Counted from the first letter of the stretch, positions 43,607 to 54,026 are shown. The stretch is 64,000 nt of DNA from Rhodobacterales bacterium (GCA_965222665.1 CBDCUM010000010.1:1640853-1704852); one strand, 5' to 3'. Program-made: numbers and translations. Notes: generated by a model from the sequence alone, not told the origin.

Positions 43607-45963
43607 CTATCAAGCTCACACACTTGACTCGCGGGTGATTTCGTGCGATTTATTCGGGCATGCAGATTGGCATGCGTCAGATTTCAGCGGAGACGGTAGA
43701 GTGGTTCAAGACCGCCTGCAACAGCGGTGAGCTGTCGCGGAGTGCGCTGGCCCGGGAGCTCTGTCTTCAGGAGAACTGGTTTGGCCGCGTCGGCAGGCTG
43801 TGTCTTGCGTCGGCGCGCAAGCTCTTGCCGCGCCTGGCGGAGGAGTTGGGTGTGCGCCTGCCGGAAGCGGAGGCGATGGAGTTTGATCCGCACGCCCGCC
43901 CGGCATCGGACTTCGCCGACAGTTCTGTCTCGTGTTCGCTTCGGGAACTCGGTCCGCTGTCGCTTGAGCCGGTGGCGTCACCGGAGGAGCGCCGCCGCTG
44001 GGAGGCAATGATCGAGACGCATCATCCGGAGGGATGGCGCCGGCCGCCGGGAGGGCAGGTCCGTTACCGGGTTCGTTCGGAGCGGTATGGGGTGCTGGGC
44101 GGCATTGGCTTCACAGCGGCGGGGATGCAGCTTGGGCCGCGCGACGATGTCGTCGGCTGGTCGGGCGATGCCCGCGTGGCCAACATCGGCAGGGTTGTGT
44201 GCAACCATCGCTTTCTGCTGCTTCCGGGTGTTCGGGTGAAGGGTCTTGCGTCGCGGGTTCTGCGTCTTGCGACGGGCCGGATTGCCGACGACTGGGCGGC
44301 GGCCTACGGTGAGCGGCCGGTGCTGGTGCAGAGTTTCACGGGGCCGGGGCAGTCCGGGCTGAGTTACCGGGCCGCGGGGTGGAAGTGTTGCCCGCAGCTG
44401 ACTTCGGGGCGCCGTTCGGGGGTGCGCCGCGCGGTCTGGCTCCGGCCGCTCGTGGAGGGCTGGCAACAGGTTCTGTGCGGTGAGCCGGAGCGCGTTCTCG
44501 GCTGGTCCGGATCGATATATTGTGCGGGGGGATGGGCGGCACGGGAATACGGGCGGAGCACGCACCCTGACGGTCGGATCCGGCGTCGGATTTCGCAGAT
44601 GGGTGCGGCCTGGGTCAATCGGCTTGGCGAACATCTGCCGTCGATCTTCCCGGGGCGGGCGGAGCAGACGGCGGCCTACCGGTTGCTGTCCAATGACGCG
44701 GTGACGATGGACCACATTCTGGATTCGCATTTCGAGCAGACGGTTGAGCGGTGCGGTGCCGAGCGGCTTGTGCTGGCTGTTCAGGACACGACGACGCTGA
44801 ATTATGACGGCCTGTCAACGACGTCGGGCCTCGACGAGCTTGGCGGGGGCGGCAAGGGCAGCGCGGGCATCCTGGCCCATTTCGGCGTGGCGGTGAACGC
44901 GGTGGGCCGGCCTCTCGGGATGTATACGGTGGACACCGACTTCCGTCAGGCCGATGACAAGGACAGTGTCCGCTGGGTGGACGGCCTGGAGCGGGCGCAG
45001 GAACTCGCGCGCGCCTGCCCGGACAGCCGGGTGGTGACGGTCTGCGACCGCGAGGGCGACTTCTGGGAGCTGCTCTCGCGTGCGGAGCAGACCGGGGCGG
45101 CATTGCTGGTCCGGGCCAGCCGAGGGACGCAGCGTCGGGTGGCGCTGGCCTCGGGCGGAGACGCGGACCTGTGGGACCATGTGCTGGAGACGGACCCGGT
45201 GGGCGGGCGGAAGATCGAGGTGCCCGCCTGCGGGGGACCGAACCGTCGGCGCGGCCGCACGGCGAAGCTGACCCTGCGTTGCACGCCGGTGGACCTGCTT
45301 CCCCCGAAGGACCGGGAGAGTGAACCACCGGTCCGCATGATCGCCGTCTCGGCCCTTGAGGAGGACCCGCCCCGTCGCCCGGCGCTGCCGGCATCGAAGC
45401 AAAGGAAGCAGAAGAACAAACCGCTGCACTGGATGCTGCTGACCACCGAGGGCCAGGCCGACCTCGACACCGCCCGAACCGTGCTGCGCTGGTACGAACT
45501 GCGCTGGCGGATCGAACGGTTCTTCCATGCGCTGAAGGTCGGCACCCGCATCGAGGACCGCCGCCTCGACGAGGCCGACGACCTGCGCAAGTGTCTCGCC
45601 TTTGACGCGATCACCGCCTTCCGGGTCTGGGACCTTTCCCTCCTGGCCCGCGAGAGGCCGGACGACCCGGCCAGCCGACATGTCACCGAGGACGACATCC
45701 GGGCACTCTGTGCCCTCGCCTCCCGCTATGGCTTCAAGGTGCCCCGGGGACCGCCGGACATGACCATCGCGGGCTTCGTCGTGCTCACCGGCGGCCTGGC
45801 GGGCTTCCATCCCTCGAAGCGCCAGCCGCTACCCGGCACGCAGAAGCTCTGGGAAGGCGTGAAGTTCCTGTCTCAAGCCGTCTTCGCCATCCAGGCCATG
45901 CAGGAATGGAACAGGAAAAAAACGAAAGGAGAAGTCCCGGAGTCAAGTGTGATAGATTGATAG
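43607..45963 (+). mobile_element. Complete DUF4338-IS50-like element (copy 4)
   Basis: TIRs CTATCAAGCTCACACACTTGACTC and GAGTCAAGTGTGATAGATTGATAG; 9-bp TSD GTCCCGGAC at 43598-43606 and 45964-45972. Confidence 0.95.
43660..45960 (+). CDS. DUF4338/DruA-like domain fused to IS50-type transposase (766 aa)
   Basis: MQIG start, PGGQVRY, NHRFLLLP, VQDTTTLNY, CDREGD, YELRWRIE. Confidence 0.93.
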   Translation: MQIGMRQISAETVEWFKTACNSGELSRSALARELCLQENWFGRVGRLCLASARKLLPRLAEELGVRLPEAEAMEFDPHARPASDFADSSVSCSLRELGPLSLEPVASPEERRRWEAMIETHHPEGWRRPPGGQVRYRVRSERYGVLGGIGFTAAGMQLGPRDDVVGWSGDARVANIGRVVCNHRFLLLPGVRVKGLASRVLRLATGRIADDWAAAYGERPVLVQSFTGPGQSGLSYRAAGWKCCPQLTSGRRSGVRRAVWLRPLVEGWQQVLCGEPERVLGWSGSIYCAGGWAAREYGRSTHPDGRIRRRISQMGAAWVNRLGEHLPSIFPGRAEQTAAYRLLSNDAVTMDHILDSHFEQTVERCGAERLVLAVQDTTTLNYDGLSTTSGLDELGGGGKGSAGILAHFGVAVNAVGRPLGMYTVDTDFRQADDKDSVRWVDGLERAQELARACPDSRVVTVCDREGDFWELLSRAEQTGAALLVRASRGTQRRVALASGGDADLWDHVLETDPVGGRKIEVPACGGPNRRRGRTAKLTLRCTPVDLLPPKDRESEPPVRMIAVSALEEDPPRRPALPASKQRKQKNKPLHWMLLTTEGQADLDTARTVLRWYELRWRIERFFHALKVGTRIEDRRLDEADDLRKCLAFDAITAFRVWDLSLLARERPDDPASRHVTEDDIRALCALASRYGFKVPRGPPDMTIAGFVVLTGGLAGFHPSKRQPLPGTQKLWEGVKFLSQAVFAIQAMQEWNRKKTKGEVPESSVID

Positions 45964-47567
45964 GTCCCGGACCCCGATCCGTCCCTGTAGCCACCCTCGC
46001 CGACGCTGCGGGAGACGATCAGCCCGGCGGTCCAGCGCGCCCCGGTCCAATCGGTGCCGAGCATGCCGGTCACGACCTCGCCGTCCAGCGTGAGCTCGCC
46101 CTCGCGGCCGTCGAAGCGCGTGACCGCGCCCCGGCCCCAGAGGGAGACCAGGTCCTCGCCGACCGTCTCCGCCGTGAGCGCGAAAGCGGAGCCGGTCAGC
46201 AGGCCGCGGTGCGTCATCGCGCGGGACTGGCGCTGCGCCTCCTCCGGGTCGGTCTCGCCCCGCAGCCAGTCGGCGAGCCGCAATGCATCGCCCCGCGTCT
46301 CCTCTTCCCGCCGTGCGTCCCGTTCCCCCTCGCTGCCAGGCTCGGAGCTTCCGCCGATCCGCTCGCCGGCGAGCGCAACCTCGACCCCGGGCTTGAGAGT
46401 CGCGCGCATCCGCCCCTCGATCGCCTCGAGCGCCTGTTCGGCCACGGTGCGCCCGAAGCGCGCGATCCACGCCTTCGGGGTCAATTCGACTTCGCGGATC
46501 GTGCCGGTTCCCTCGGCGTCGACGATCACCGCCTCCGCTGCGTTGGACAGCACCAGTGTCATCGTCTCGCGGCCTTCGTTGTGGCTGTCCGCCAGCACCG
46601 GGACTTCGACCGTCTTCAGCTTGTCGCCGGACGCGAAGGTCAGCGTGCCGCTCGTCGCGGTATAGTCGTCCCCGGCCTGTGCGGTGCCGTCGCGCGTCTC
46701 ATACCGCACCGTCACCGTCACCGTCACGTTCTCGGTGTAGGCCGGCTCCAGCACCACCTCGAAGACCAGCGGAGACGGCGTGCCGGGCGCGGTCGGCTCC
46801 TGCACCGAGGCGTCCTGCACGCTGAGCGAGGGCGGCGCCGCCATGGCGGTGTCGGTGCCTACGGCGATGCCGCTGCTAAACCCACCGGTGCCGCTCCCGG
46901 TCACGGTGAGGGTAAAGGTAAGCAGGGTGTTGTTCTGCGGCAGCGCCGAGATCGTCACCACCGTCGTGGCGCTCGCGGCGTCTTCAAACGTCACTGTCAC
47001 CCCGCTCGGCGCATTGGTCAGCGCCCAGGAGTAGGTCACATTCTTGCGCCACGGCCCGCCGCTGCCGCTTCCGTCGAGCGTCACCCTGCCCCCGGCGCTC
47101 GAAACCGCTCCGCCATCCGGCAGGGCCACCGCCGCCGGTGCGAAGGGCGCCCCCGGATTGCCCGCCAATTTCAGCGTCGTCAGCGAGATCAGCGGCTGGA
47201 GCACGTCGTCGGGAAGCGTAGTCAGACCGTTGTCTTGCAGTTCCAACTGTTTCAGAGCGGTCAGCCCGTCGAACACCCCGGGGGAAAGCGTGGTCAGACC
47301 GTTGTTGTACAGAATCAGCTTCGTCAGCGAAGTCAACCCGTCGAACACCCCGGCGGGAAGCTCGGTCAGACCGTTGTCGCGGAGTTCCAGCCGCGTAACT
47401 ACTCAATCCCTCCTGCGTATGGTTTGAGGTCGGTGTGCCTGTTGACGAGCCTCCCGGGAGGTGATTGAGCGGGTGGTGTCTGGTTGCGGATCGCTGATGG
47501 CGACGTGAGGTTGACACTCTAGCGAGATCTGACTAAGAGTGGTCATCGCTGTCGACGGGGACCACTG

Positions 47568-48227
47568 ATGGGGTATTTCGGATCCAAGGCCACGACCGGG
47601 CTCTGCCAGGCGCTACTGGGGCTCCAGCCTCCCCACGATCTGTATGTCGAGACGCATCTCGGAGGCGGTGCCCTGATGCGGCGCAAGGCCCCGGCGATGC
47701 GCAGCATCGGAATTGACCGCGATCAACGCGCGCTTGACGGGTTCCGATGCGACTACCCGGTGGAACTGGTGCATGGCTGTGCCCACGAGTTCCTGGCCCG
47801 CTTCCCGTTCCGCGGTACGGAACTGGTCTACAGCGATCCGCCGTATCTGCATGCGACCCGTCGGTCGGACCGACGGTACCGCTACGAGTATACCGATGCC
47901 GACCACGCAACCCTTCTCGAGCTGCTCACGGGCCTGCCGTGCCAAGTGATGGTCTCGGGACACCCCTCGGCGCTGTATGACGAGATGCTGTCGGACTGGC
48001 GCCGGGTCGCTCTGCAGGTGACGACCCAGGCCCAGGTCCGCACCGAGGTGGCCTGGTTCAACTTCACGCCCGAGCGGATGCACTGGGCCAGCCATGCCGG
48101 CCGGAACGCCACCGACCGTCAGCGCATCAAGCGCAAGGCCACCCGCTGGGCACAGGGCTACAAGAACCTGCCGGCGGGTGAACGTCTCGCGGTGATCTCG
48201 GCGATCATGGCGGTCGAGGCCGAGTGA
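47568..48227 (+). CDS. DNA adenine methyltransferase (copy B)
   Basis: Near-identical to 35335..35994; DPPY intact. Confidence 0.88.
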   Translation: MGYFGSKATTGLCQALLGLQPPHDLYVETHLGGGALMRRKAPAMRSIGIDRDQRALDGFRCDYPVELVHGCAHEFLARFPFRGTELVYSDPPYLHATRRSDRRYRYEYTDADHATLLELLTGLPCQVMVSGHPSALYDEMLSDWRRVALQVTTQAQVRTEVAWFNFTPERMHWASHAGRNATDRQRIKRKATRWAQGYKNLPAGERLAVISAIMAVEAE

Positions 48228-48598
48228 TGGCGCGGATCAACCAGGCCTCGCTGCGCGTGCAGCTGGACGAATGCCGAGCCCAGTTCGATGCCATCAAGCA
48301 GAAGGGCGAGGCAAGCGCGGACACCCTCGCGCTGATCAATGCCCTGTTCATGCTGGTGGATATCCTGGTGGCGGTGTTCCTTGAGAAGACAACACCAAAG
48401 ACCTCGCGCAACTCCAGTCTGCCGAGTTCACGGGACGGCACCGACGAAGGCGAGACCCACACCGCGGGCAGGTCCGGGAGCCGCGGACCGAAGGCACGCC
48501 ACGCACGCTCCGACACCCTGCGCACGGTCACCACGACGCACACCAGCCCGGTCACCGAGTGCCGGCAGTGCGGCCACGACCTGACCGGGACCGCGTGC

Positions 48599-50937
48599 CT
48601 TTCATTTAGACACAGTTAACACGGTTGTTCGATTGGCGCATATTCCGGGCATGCAAATCGGGCTTCGACATTTCCGTTCCGCGACGATCGACTGGCTGAT
48701 CGGTGCGGTTGCGGCAGAGGGTGGCACGCGCCATGGGCTTGCGCGCGAGCTTTGCGAACGGGAGAACTGGCGCAATCCGCGGGGCGTTGCGTGTCTGGCG
48801 CAGGCGAGCAAGGCGCTGCCGCGGCTGGCGGCCCGGCTGAACCTGTCGTTGCCCGCGGCGCGGCCGATGCCGTCGCTACCGGTTGCCGCGGAGAGGGCGT
48901 TCCCGGACCTGACGCTGACCTGCCGGCTTGCGGAGCTCGGCGTGGTGACGCTGGAGCCTGTCGGCGACGCCGACCGCGGTCTGTGGCGGGCGATGATGGC
49001 GAGCCATCATCCCGAGGGAAGTTCGCGAATGCCGGGTGCCCAGCTTCGCCATTGGGTCCGGTCTTCGGTTCACGGCAGGCTTGGCGGGATCGGGTTCTGT
49101 GCCGCAAGCTGGCACCAGAAGGCGCGCGATGCGTTCCTTGGCTGGTCGCCCGACGCACGGGTTGCGAATCTCGGGCTTGTAGTCAATAACGACCGTTATC
49201 TTCTGTTGCCCGGGGTACGGGTCGACAACCTGGCGTCGCATGTGCTGGCGCTGGCGGCGGCCCGCGTTGCGGACGACTGGGAAGCAGCGTATGGGGTAAG
49301 GCCGTTGGCGGCCTATACCTACGTGGCTCCCGACCGGCTCGGAACCTGCTACCGGGCCGCAGGCTGGAAGTGTTGTGCGGCGCGAACCTCGGGATGTCCG
49401 CCCGGGCGGCGCGCGGTCGCGCCGAAAGCGGTATGGATCAAGCCGTTGGCCGCGGGATGGCGCGAGAGATTGTGCCAGGAACCACACCGCAGGCTTGGCG
49501 CGGCACCGACGCCGCATGTGCCGAAGGATACGGACTGGGCCGATATCGAGTACCGGCGCGGCAGCCATCCCGACGGCCGCCTGCGTGACCGGGTGGTGGC
49601 GATGGGCCGGGCGTGGGAACATGCCCCGGGTGCGTCGCTGCCGGCGATCTTCCCCGGCGCGGCGGAACAAAAGGCCGCCTATCGGCTGCTCTCGAACGAC
49701 AGGATCAAGATGGAGCATATTCTTCAACCCCATCAAGAGGCTACGGTCGACCGCTGCCGGCTGGAACCGGTGGTTCTCGCGCTCCAGGACACAACGACCC
49801 TCAACTACAACGGCCACCAGAAGACGGCGGGTCTGGTCAATCTCGGCGGCGGCGGATCGGGAACCTGGGGCTTGCTCGCCCATGTCGGGCTTGCAGTCAC
49901 CGAAGCCCGACGCCCGCTCGGAGTGTTCGAAATCAACGCGACACAGCGCGACGGCACGCTGGCCGCCGAAACGCCGGACAACGTGCCGGAAAGCGTGCGC
50001 TGGCTGCGCGGCCTTGAGCGCGCCGGGCAGATCGCGGCAGCCTGTCCCGACAGCCGCGTGATTACGGTCTGTGATCGCGAAGGAGACATATGGGACCTGT
50101 TGCAAACGGCACGGCAGACCGGCAACGGGCTCGTGGTGCGTTCCGACCGCGGCCGCCAGCGCCGGGTCGCCGTCGACGGCGGCACCCGTGAGTTGTGGGA
50201 CTTCATGGATGGGCAACCGGTTCTGGGCACAAAGACCATCACCATCAGCCCCTATGGTGGTCCCCGCAAGCGCCGCGAACGCAAGGCCCGGCTTGAACTC
50301 CGTGCCGCGATGGTCGACCTCGTTCCACCGTCGAACAGGGCCGGCGACGAAGCACCGCTCGCCATGCTTGCCGTCTCGGTCCTCGAACCCGAACCGCCGA
50401 AAGGCAAGATGCCGCTCCACTGGGTGCTCCTCACCACCGAGGGCGAGGCCGAAATCGACAATGCCCGGCGCGTCGTCGCATGGTACGAAGCACGCTGGAC
50501 CATCGAGGAATACTTCCGGATCCTCAAGGTCGGCACTCGGGTCGAGGATCGCAAACTCGATCACGCCGACGATCTGCGCAAGTGCCTCGCATTCGATGCC
50601 GTGACCGCATGGCGTGTCATGGACCTGGAACGACGCGCCCGCGACACGCCAGACATGCAGGCACTCAAAATGTTCTCCGAACACGAGATCAACGTGCTCT
50701 ACGTCTGGCTCAAACACCGCCGTGTCATTCGCGCTCCACCCGAAACGCCCCCGGATATCCGAACCTTCGTGGTCGACCTCGCTCGCCTCGCCGGATTCCG
50801 TCCCAGCAAGCGGCAACCGCTCCCCGGAACCGAAAAAATCTGGCAGGCATGGAGAAGCTACAAGGAAGGTCTCGATGCCGTCAATGCATGGGAGAAACGA
50901 TCAGACGATAACCGTGTCAACAGTGGGTAGTTGAAAG
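48599..50937 (+). mobile_element. Complete DUF4338-IS50-like element (copy 5)
   Basis: TIRs CTTTCATTTAGACACAGTTAACACGGTT and AACCGTGTCAACAGTGGGTAGTTGAAAG; 9-bp TSD ACCGCGTGC, single in the empty site at 36360-36368. Confidence 0.96.
48651..50930 (+). CDS. DUF4338/DruA-like domain fused to IS50-type transposase
   Basis: MQIG start at 48651 matches the paralogues; DDE motifs intact. Confidence 0.93.
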   Translation: MQIGLRHFRSATIDWLIGAVAAEGGTRHGLARELCERENWRNPRGVACLAQASKALPRLAARLNLSLPAARPMPSLPVAAERAFPDLTLTCRLAELGVVTLEPVGDADRGLWRAMMASHHPEGSSRMPGAQLRHWVRSSVHGRLGGIGFCAASWHQKARDAFLGWSPDARVANLGLVVNNDRYLLLPGVRVDNLASHVLALAAARVADDWEAAYGVRPLAAYTYVAPDRLGTCYRAAGWKCCAARTSGCPPGRRAVAPKAVWIKPLAAGWRERLCQEPHRRLGAAPTPHVPKDTDWADIEYRRGSHPDGRLRDRVVAMGRAWEHAPGASLPAIFPGAAEQKAAYRLLSNDRIKMEHILQPHQEATVDRCRLEPVVLALQDTTTLNYNGHQKTAGLVNLGGGGSGTWGLLAHVGLAVTEARRPLGVFEINATQRDGTLAAETPDNVPESVRWLRGLERAGQIAAACPDSRVITVCDREGDIWDLLQTARQTGNGLVVRSDRGRQRRVAVDGGTRELWDFMDGQPVLGTKTITISPYGGPRKRRERKARLELRAAMVDLVPPSNRAGDEAPLAMLAVSVLEPEPPKGKMPLHWVLLTTEGEAEIDNARRVVAWYEARWTIEEYFRILKVGTRVEDRKLDHADDLRKCLAFDAVTAWRVMDLERRARDTPDMQALKMFSEHEINVLYVWLKHRRVIRAPPETPPDIRTFVVDLARLAGFRPSKRQPLPGTEKIWQAWRSYKEGLDAVNAWEKRSDDNRVNSG

Positions 50938-51259
50938 ACCGCGTGCACCGGACACGAGCAGCGCATCGAGGTCGACATCGTCTTCGAGACCGTCGAACGT
51001 CGGGTCACCGCCGAGATCAAGGCCTGTCCGCGCTGCCACACCCGGACCAAGGGCCGTTTCCCCGACACCATGCCCGGTCCTCTGCAGTACGGACCCGGGA
51101 TCGTCGCCTATGTCGTGCACCTGCTCTGTGCCCAGATGGTCCCGCTCAAGCGGACTGCGGCCATGATCCAGGCGATGACCGGACGGCTGCTCTCCGAGGC
51201 CACCCTGCTCGCCTTCGTCTGGCGCCTGCATCAGGCCCTGGAATGCTTGTATGACGAGA

Positions 51260-51580
51260 CACAGCAAGAAGAGAGGAAAGAGTTATCAACAACTCCTTCC
51301 CGGCGGCCTGGCGGGGGAAAACGTGTTTACGAGGGCTCTTCGCTGTTGGCTGCGCGGGTTTTTGCTTATCCTCTTGCTTGAGTTTCCGGGTCCGCTTGCG
51401 CTGACTGAGCGCGGTGGACCGGAAAGCGCGGAGCGACGGCTTTGCGCGAAGGTGGGCCGGACCGTGGAATCCTTGGAACAGTACCGTTTCCCAGCTTGGT
51501 CGACCCACCTTCCTTTGTTCCCGGCGTCCTGGATGGGATGCAAGGGTTGGACCCGTATCATCGCAAGATTAGGAGCGAGG
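51260..51580 (+). ncRNA. Putative bridge RNA (boundaries approximate)
   Basis: Stem AAGGTGGG/CCCACCTT encloses TGGAATCCT (51465-51473) and TTCCCAG (51488-51494), matching both strands of the target; a second loop has donor-like segments. Confidence 0.75.
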
Positions 51581-51585
51581 GAACG

Positions 51586-52536
51586 ATGACGACTACAGTA
51601 GTTGCTGGCCTCGATGTTGGCAAGGATGAGGTTCACGTGCATGCGAATGGGCTGGGGCGCAGTTACGCCAATGTTCCCGCGGGCTTCCGCGGCTTGCGGA
51701 ACTGGCTGTCGCAACAGGGCGTCCAGCGTGTGGTGATGGAGCCGACGGGCCGCTATCACCGGCGCGTCCACCAATCCCTGGCGGCGGCCGGATTTGAGGT
51801 TGTGGTGATCAATCCCCTGCGCAGCCGGCGCTTCGGCGAGTCGCTGTTCGGACCGGCGAAGACGGACCGGATTGACGCGGCGATGCTGTCCCGGCTCGGG
51901 GCCGCGATGCCGGATCTGAGGGTCGCAAAGCCCAGAGATGGCTATGAGGAAGAGCTTGAGGGGCTTCTGGTTGCTCGCAGCTGCCTTGTCGATGTTCGGA
52001 CCAAAGTGAAGCAGACCGCCGACGAGGTGAGCGGCCGCGGCGAGAAGCATCTGCGAAAGGTGGGTGCCACGACCGACAAGCGCATCGCGGATCTGGATGC
52101 GGCGATCCTCGCGCATATCCAGTCGGACCCGGAATGGGCCAGGCGCTATGGAATCTTGTTGTCGATCCCAGGCATCGGGCCTGTCAACGCGGCCCAGCTT
52201 CTCTGCTGGATGCCGGAACTTGGCTCCATCCGGAACCGCCAGGCCGCCAGCCTGCTGGGGGTGGCGCCGTTCGACAAGGACAGCGGCAAGAGCCGAGGCG
52301 CCCGCCATATTGCCGGAGGCCGGCGTCGTCCGCGCGATGGCATGTACATGGCGGCGACATGCGCCGCCATCCACAACCCGGATATGAAAATCGTCTCGGA
52401 TCGCCTGAAGGGGGCCGGCAAGAAGCACAAGGTTGTCATCGTCGCCATCATGCGGAAGCTCGTGATTCTGGCCAATGTGCTTCTCCGGGATGGACGCCAC
52501 TGGACGCCGGAAGCCTCTGCATCAGCCCGAGGATAA
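51586..52536 (+). CDS. IS110-family DEDD recombinase
   Basis: GLDVGK, VMEPTG, AKTDRIDA, SIPGIGP, DSG; purine-rich RBS before ATG 51586. Confidence 0.95.
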   Translation: MTTTVVAGLDVGKDEVHVHANGLGRSYANVPAGFRGLRNWLSQQGVQRVVMEPTGRYHRRVHQSLAAAGFEVVVINPLRSRRFGESLFGPAKTDRIDAAMLSRLGAAMPDLRVAKPRDGYEEELEGLLVARSCLVDVRTKVKQTADEVSGRGEKHLRKVGATTDKRIADLDAAILAHIQSDPEWARRYGILLSIPGIGPVNAAQLLCWMPELGSIRNRQAASLLGVAPFDKDSGKSRGARHIAGGRRRPRDGMYMAATCAAIHNPDMKIVSDRLKGAGKKHKVVIVAIMRKLVILANVLLRDGRHWTPEASASARG

Positions 52537-53446
52537 GTCGTGGAAAAGCTGTGGAAAACACGGGAGGGGCGCATGCCCGGAAGCACCAAAGGGGCCTGAA
52601 TCGGGCTTGACTGCAAACATAGATGCTGGGAAGCTGCCGCCATCGACAAGCTCCTTGACATGCTGGTGCTGCATGTCGACGAAACCTCGTTGCGCGTGGA
52701 CCGGAAAAACTACTGGATCCATGTCTGTGCCGGCGGGCCCATCACCGTCAAGGGCCTGCACCGGAACCGCGGCTGTGAGGCGATCAACTCCCTCGGGATC
52801 ATCCCCCGATACCGGGGCCTCATCGTCCATGACTGCTGGAAAGCCTATCTCACCTACACCCAGTGCAAGCATCAACTCTGCGGCGCGCACCTGCTCCGGG
52901 AACTTCAGGCCGTGACCGACAGCAACGGCTATCCGTGGGCACGCAAAATGCACAAGCGGCTGCTCATCGCACGGCGACAGGTCATCCAACGCCCGCAACA
53001 GCGGCTGTCCATGCGACACTACAAGCGCATCGCACGATGCTACAAGGCGATCCTCGAGCAGGGACGCTCGGAGATGCCCGAAATCCCGCCGCCAAAAAAG
53101 GGCCAACGCGGTCCGGTCGCCAAGTCCGACGCCCATAACCTCCACCAACGCCTCGTCGTCCAGAGAAAGAACGTCCTGCACTTTACCAGGCGCGCCGACA
53201 CTCCGTTCACAAACAATCGTAGCGAGCGCGACATACGCATGGCCAAGGTCAAGCAGAAGGTCTCCGGGTGCTTCCGAACCGTATCCTTCGCACACGCCTA
53301 CTGTCGAATCTCGAGCTACCTCCAGACCATGGCGGCACTCGGATACAACCCCCTGGTCGCCATCACCATCGCCCTGCAGGGAAAGGCCGTCCACTGCCTC
53401 AACCAGGACACCGAATAACCACTCAAACCACCGGGTGAGCAGTTAC

Positions 53447-53993
53447 CCTGAAAGGATTGATCGGAGACAGAATCCCGGAAAACATCATTGTCGCCAACTG
53501 GCCTGACATCCTTCGTAGCGCGGCTACGATGGCTGCCGGTGTCATGCGCCCCAGCCAACTCCTCCGGAAGTTCGCCGCCTATCCGCGGCGGCACGATCTG
53601 GCGACCGCACTTCGAGAAATCGGCCGAATTGAGCGAACATTGTTCATCATGGACTGGCTGCTTGACGTCGACATGCAACGCCAGGCGCAAGTCGGGCTGA
53701 ACAAGGGAGAGGCACACCACGCCCTGAAAAATGCCCTTCGGATCGGTCGTCAGGGTGAAATCCGTGACCGGACAAGCGAGGGCCAGCACTTTCGGATCGC
53801 TGAGCTCAACCTTCTCGCAGCAATCATCATCTATTGGAACACCGAACACCTCGGTCGCGCCCTACTACAGCGGAGGCGAGCCAGCATTGCTACTCCCGAA
53901 CAACTCCTGGCACACATCTCACCCCTCGGATGGGCGCATATCCTTCTCACGGGGGAATACCGATGGCGAAAGATACCGACCAAACGCCCTTAG
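53447..53993 (+). pseudogene. Tn3-family transposase C-terminal fragment
   Basis: LREIGRIERTLF, LNKGEAHHAL, IIYWNT, HISPLGWAHILLTGEYRW. Confidence 0.92.
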
Positions 53994-54026
53994 CGTAGGA
54001 TTTAGCACTAAATCGGAACAGACCCC
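53989..54026. repeat. Tn3-family 38-bp terminal inverted repeat
   Basis: Reverse complement reads GGGGTCTG...CGCTAAG, 38 bp. Confidence 0.88.

Larger units (their letters stand above)
42610..47394 (-). pseudogene. LRR-Ig-like-Calx-beta autotransporter-like gene, split by IS copy 4 and 5'-truncated by IS66 copy B
   Basis: LRRs, AWIARFGRTVA linker, barrel ending LRLRAQF; frame rejoins across 43607-45972. Confidence 0.88.
51248..52627 (+). mobile_element. IS110-family (IS621-like) element
   Basis: Comparison with the empty site 36661-36674 gives junctions GGAATG-CT-TGTAT and ATAGATG-CT-GGGAA; no TIR and no long TSD. Confidence 0.92.
48224..53418 (+). pseudogene. IS66 transposase in three pieces (48224-48598, 50947-51247, 52628-53418)
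   Basis: Pieces are colinear with 35991..37460. Confidence 0.92.
47395..53446 (+). mobile_element. IS66-MTase element copy B, transposase interrupted by two other IS
   Basis: Same TIRs as copy A; flanks CCAGCCGC and CCTGAAAG do not match, so no TSD. Confidence 0.92.

Noticed and set aside
51442-51585. N-terminal extension of the IS110 recombinase
   Set aside because: The DEDD domain begins right after ATG 51586 and this interval holds the predicted bridge RNA loops
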